Assembly (NCBI GenBank): GCA_965205865.1
Contig: CBDBHR010000026.1
Location: 128,001 to 192,000 of the forward strand
DNA from: a bacterium
Lineage (GTDB): Bacteria; SAR324; NAC60-12
Length of the DNA stretch: 64,000 nt
Reading direction: 5' to 3'
The notes under the pieces were generated by a model. It saw only the letters and a list, made by a program, of their open reading frames with translations. It did not search any database and had not been told where the DNA came from. A program made the position numbers and the translations under genes. Shown piece after piece: positions 64,000 to 64,000 of this stretch. Within the stretch, counting starts at the first letter, position 1, and the number at the start of each line of letters is the position of its first letter.

Positions 64000-64000
64000 A

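Overview
Bacterial accessory region with three parts. (1) About 1-48 kb is an expanding and decaying array of nickel/peptide-family (Dpp/Opp-like) ABC importer modules: 7 solute-binding protein (SBP) genes or fragments, 5 DppB-like and 7 DppC-like permeases, and no ATPase. Part of it is a ~7 kb tandem unit whose flanks (mini-element, small gene, attC site, sterol-desaturase-family gene, SBP promoter and leader) are near-identical while the transporter bodies diverge. It is interspersed with IS66, IS1182, IS1380 and ISNCY-like elements, a TIR-flanked HUH/Y1 transposase, MITEs, REP-like palindromes, several toxin-antitoxin pairs, integron attC-like sites with no integrase, a complete group IIC intron inserted in an attC, and an ORF-less group II intron. 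(2) About 48.7-53.5 kb holds ordinary genes: an alkyltransferase-like protein, three acyl-CoA dehydrogenases and cytochrome c'. (3) 53.6-64 kb is a Type III restriction-modification operon with five closely spaced co-oriented accessory genes between mod and res. Degenerate copies of the mod 3' end and the res 5' end delimit them into three modules, suggesting stepwise capture of candidate defence cassettes. All family assignments come from motifs read by eye; no database searches were run.
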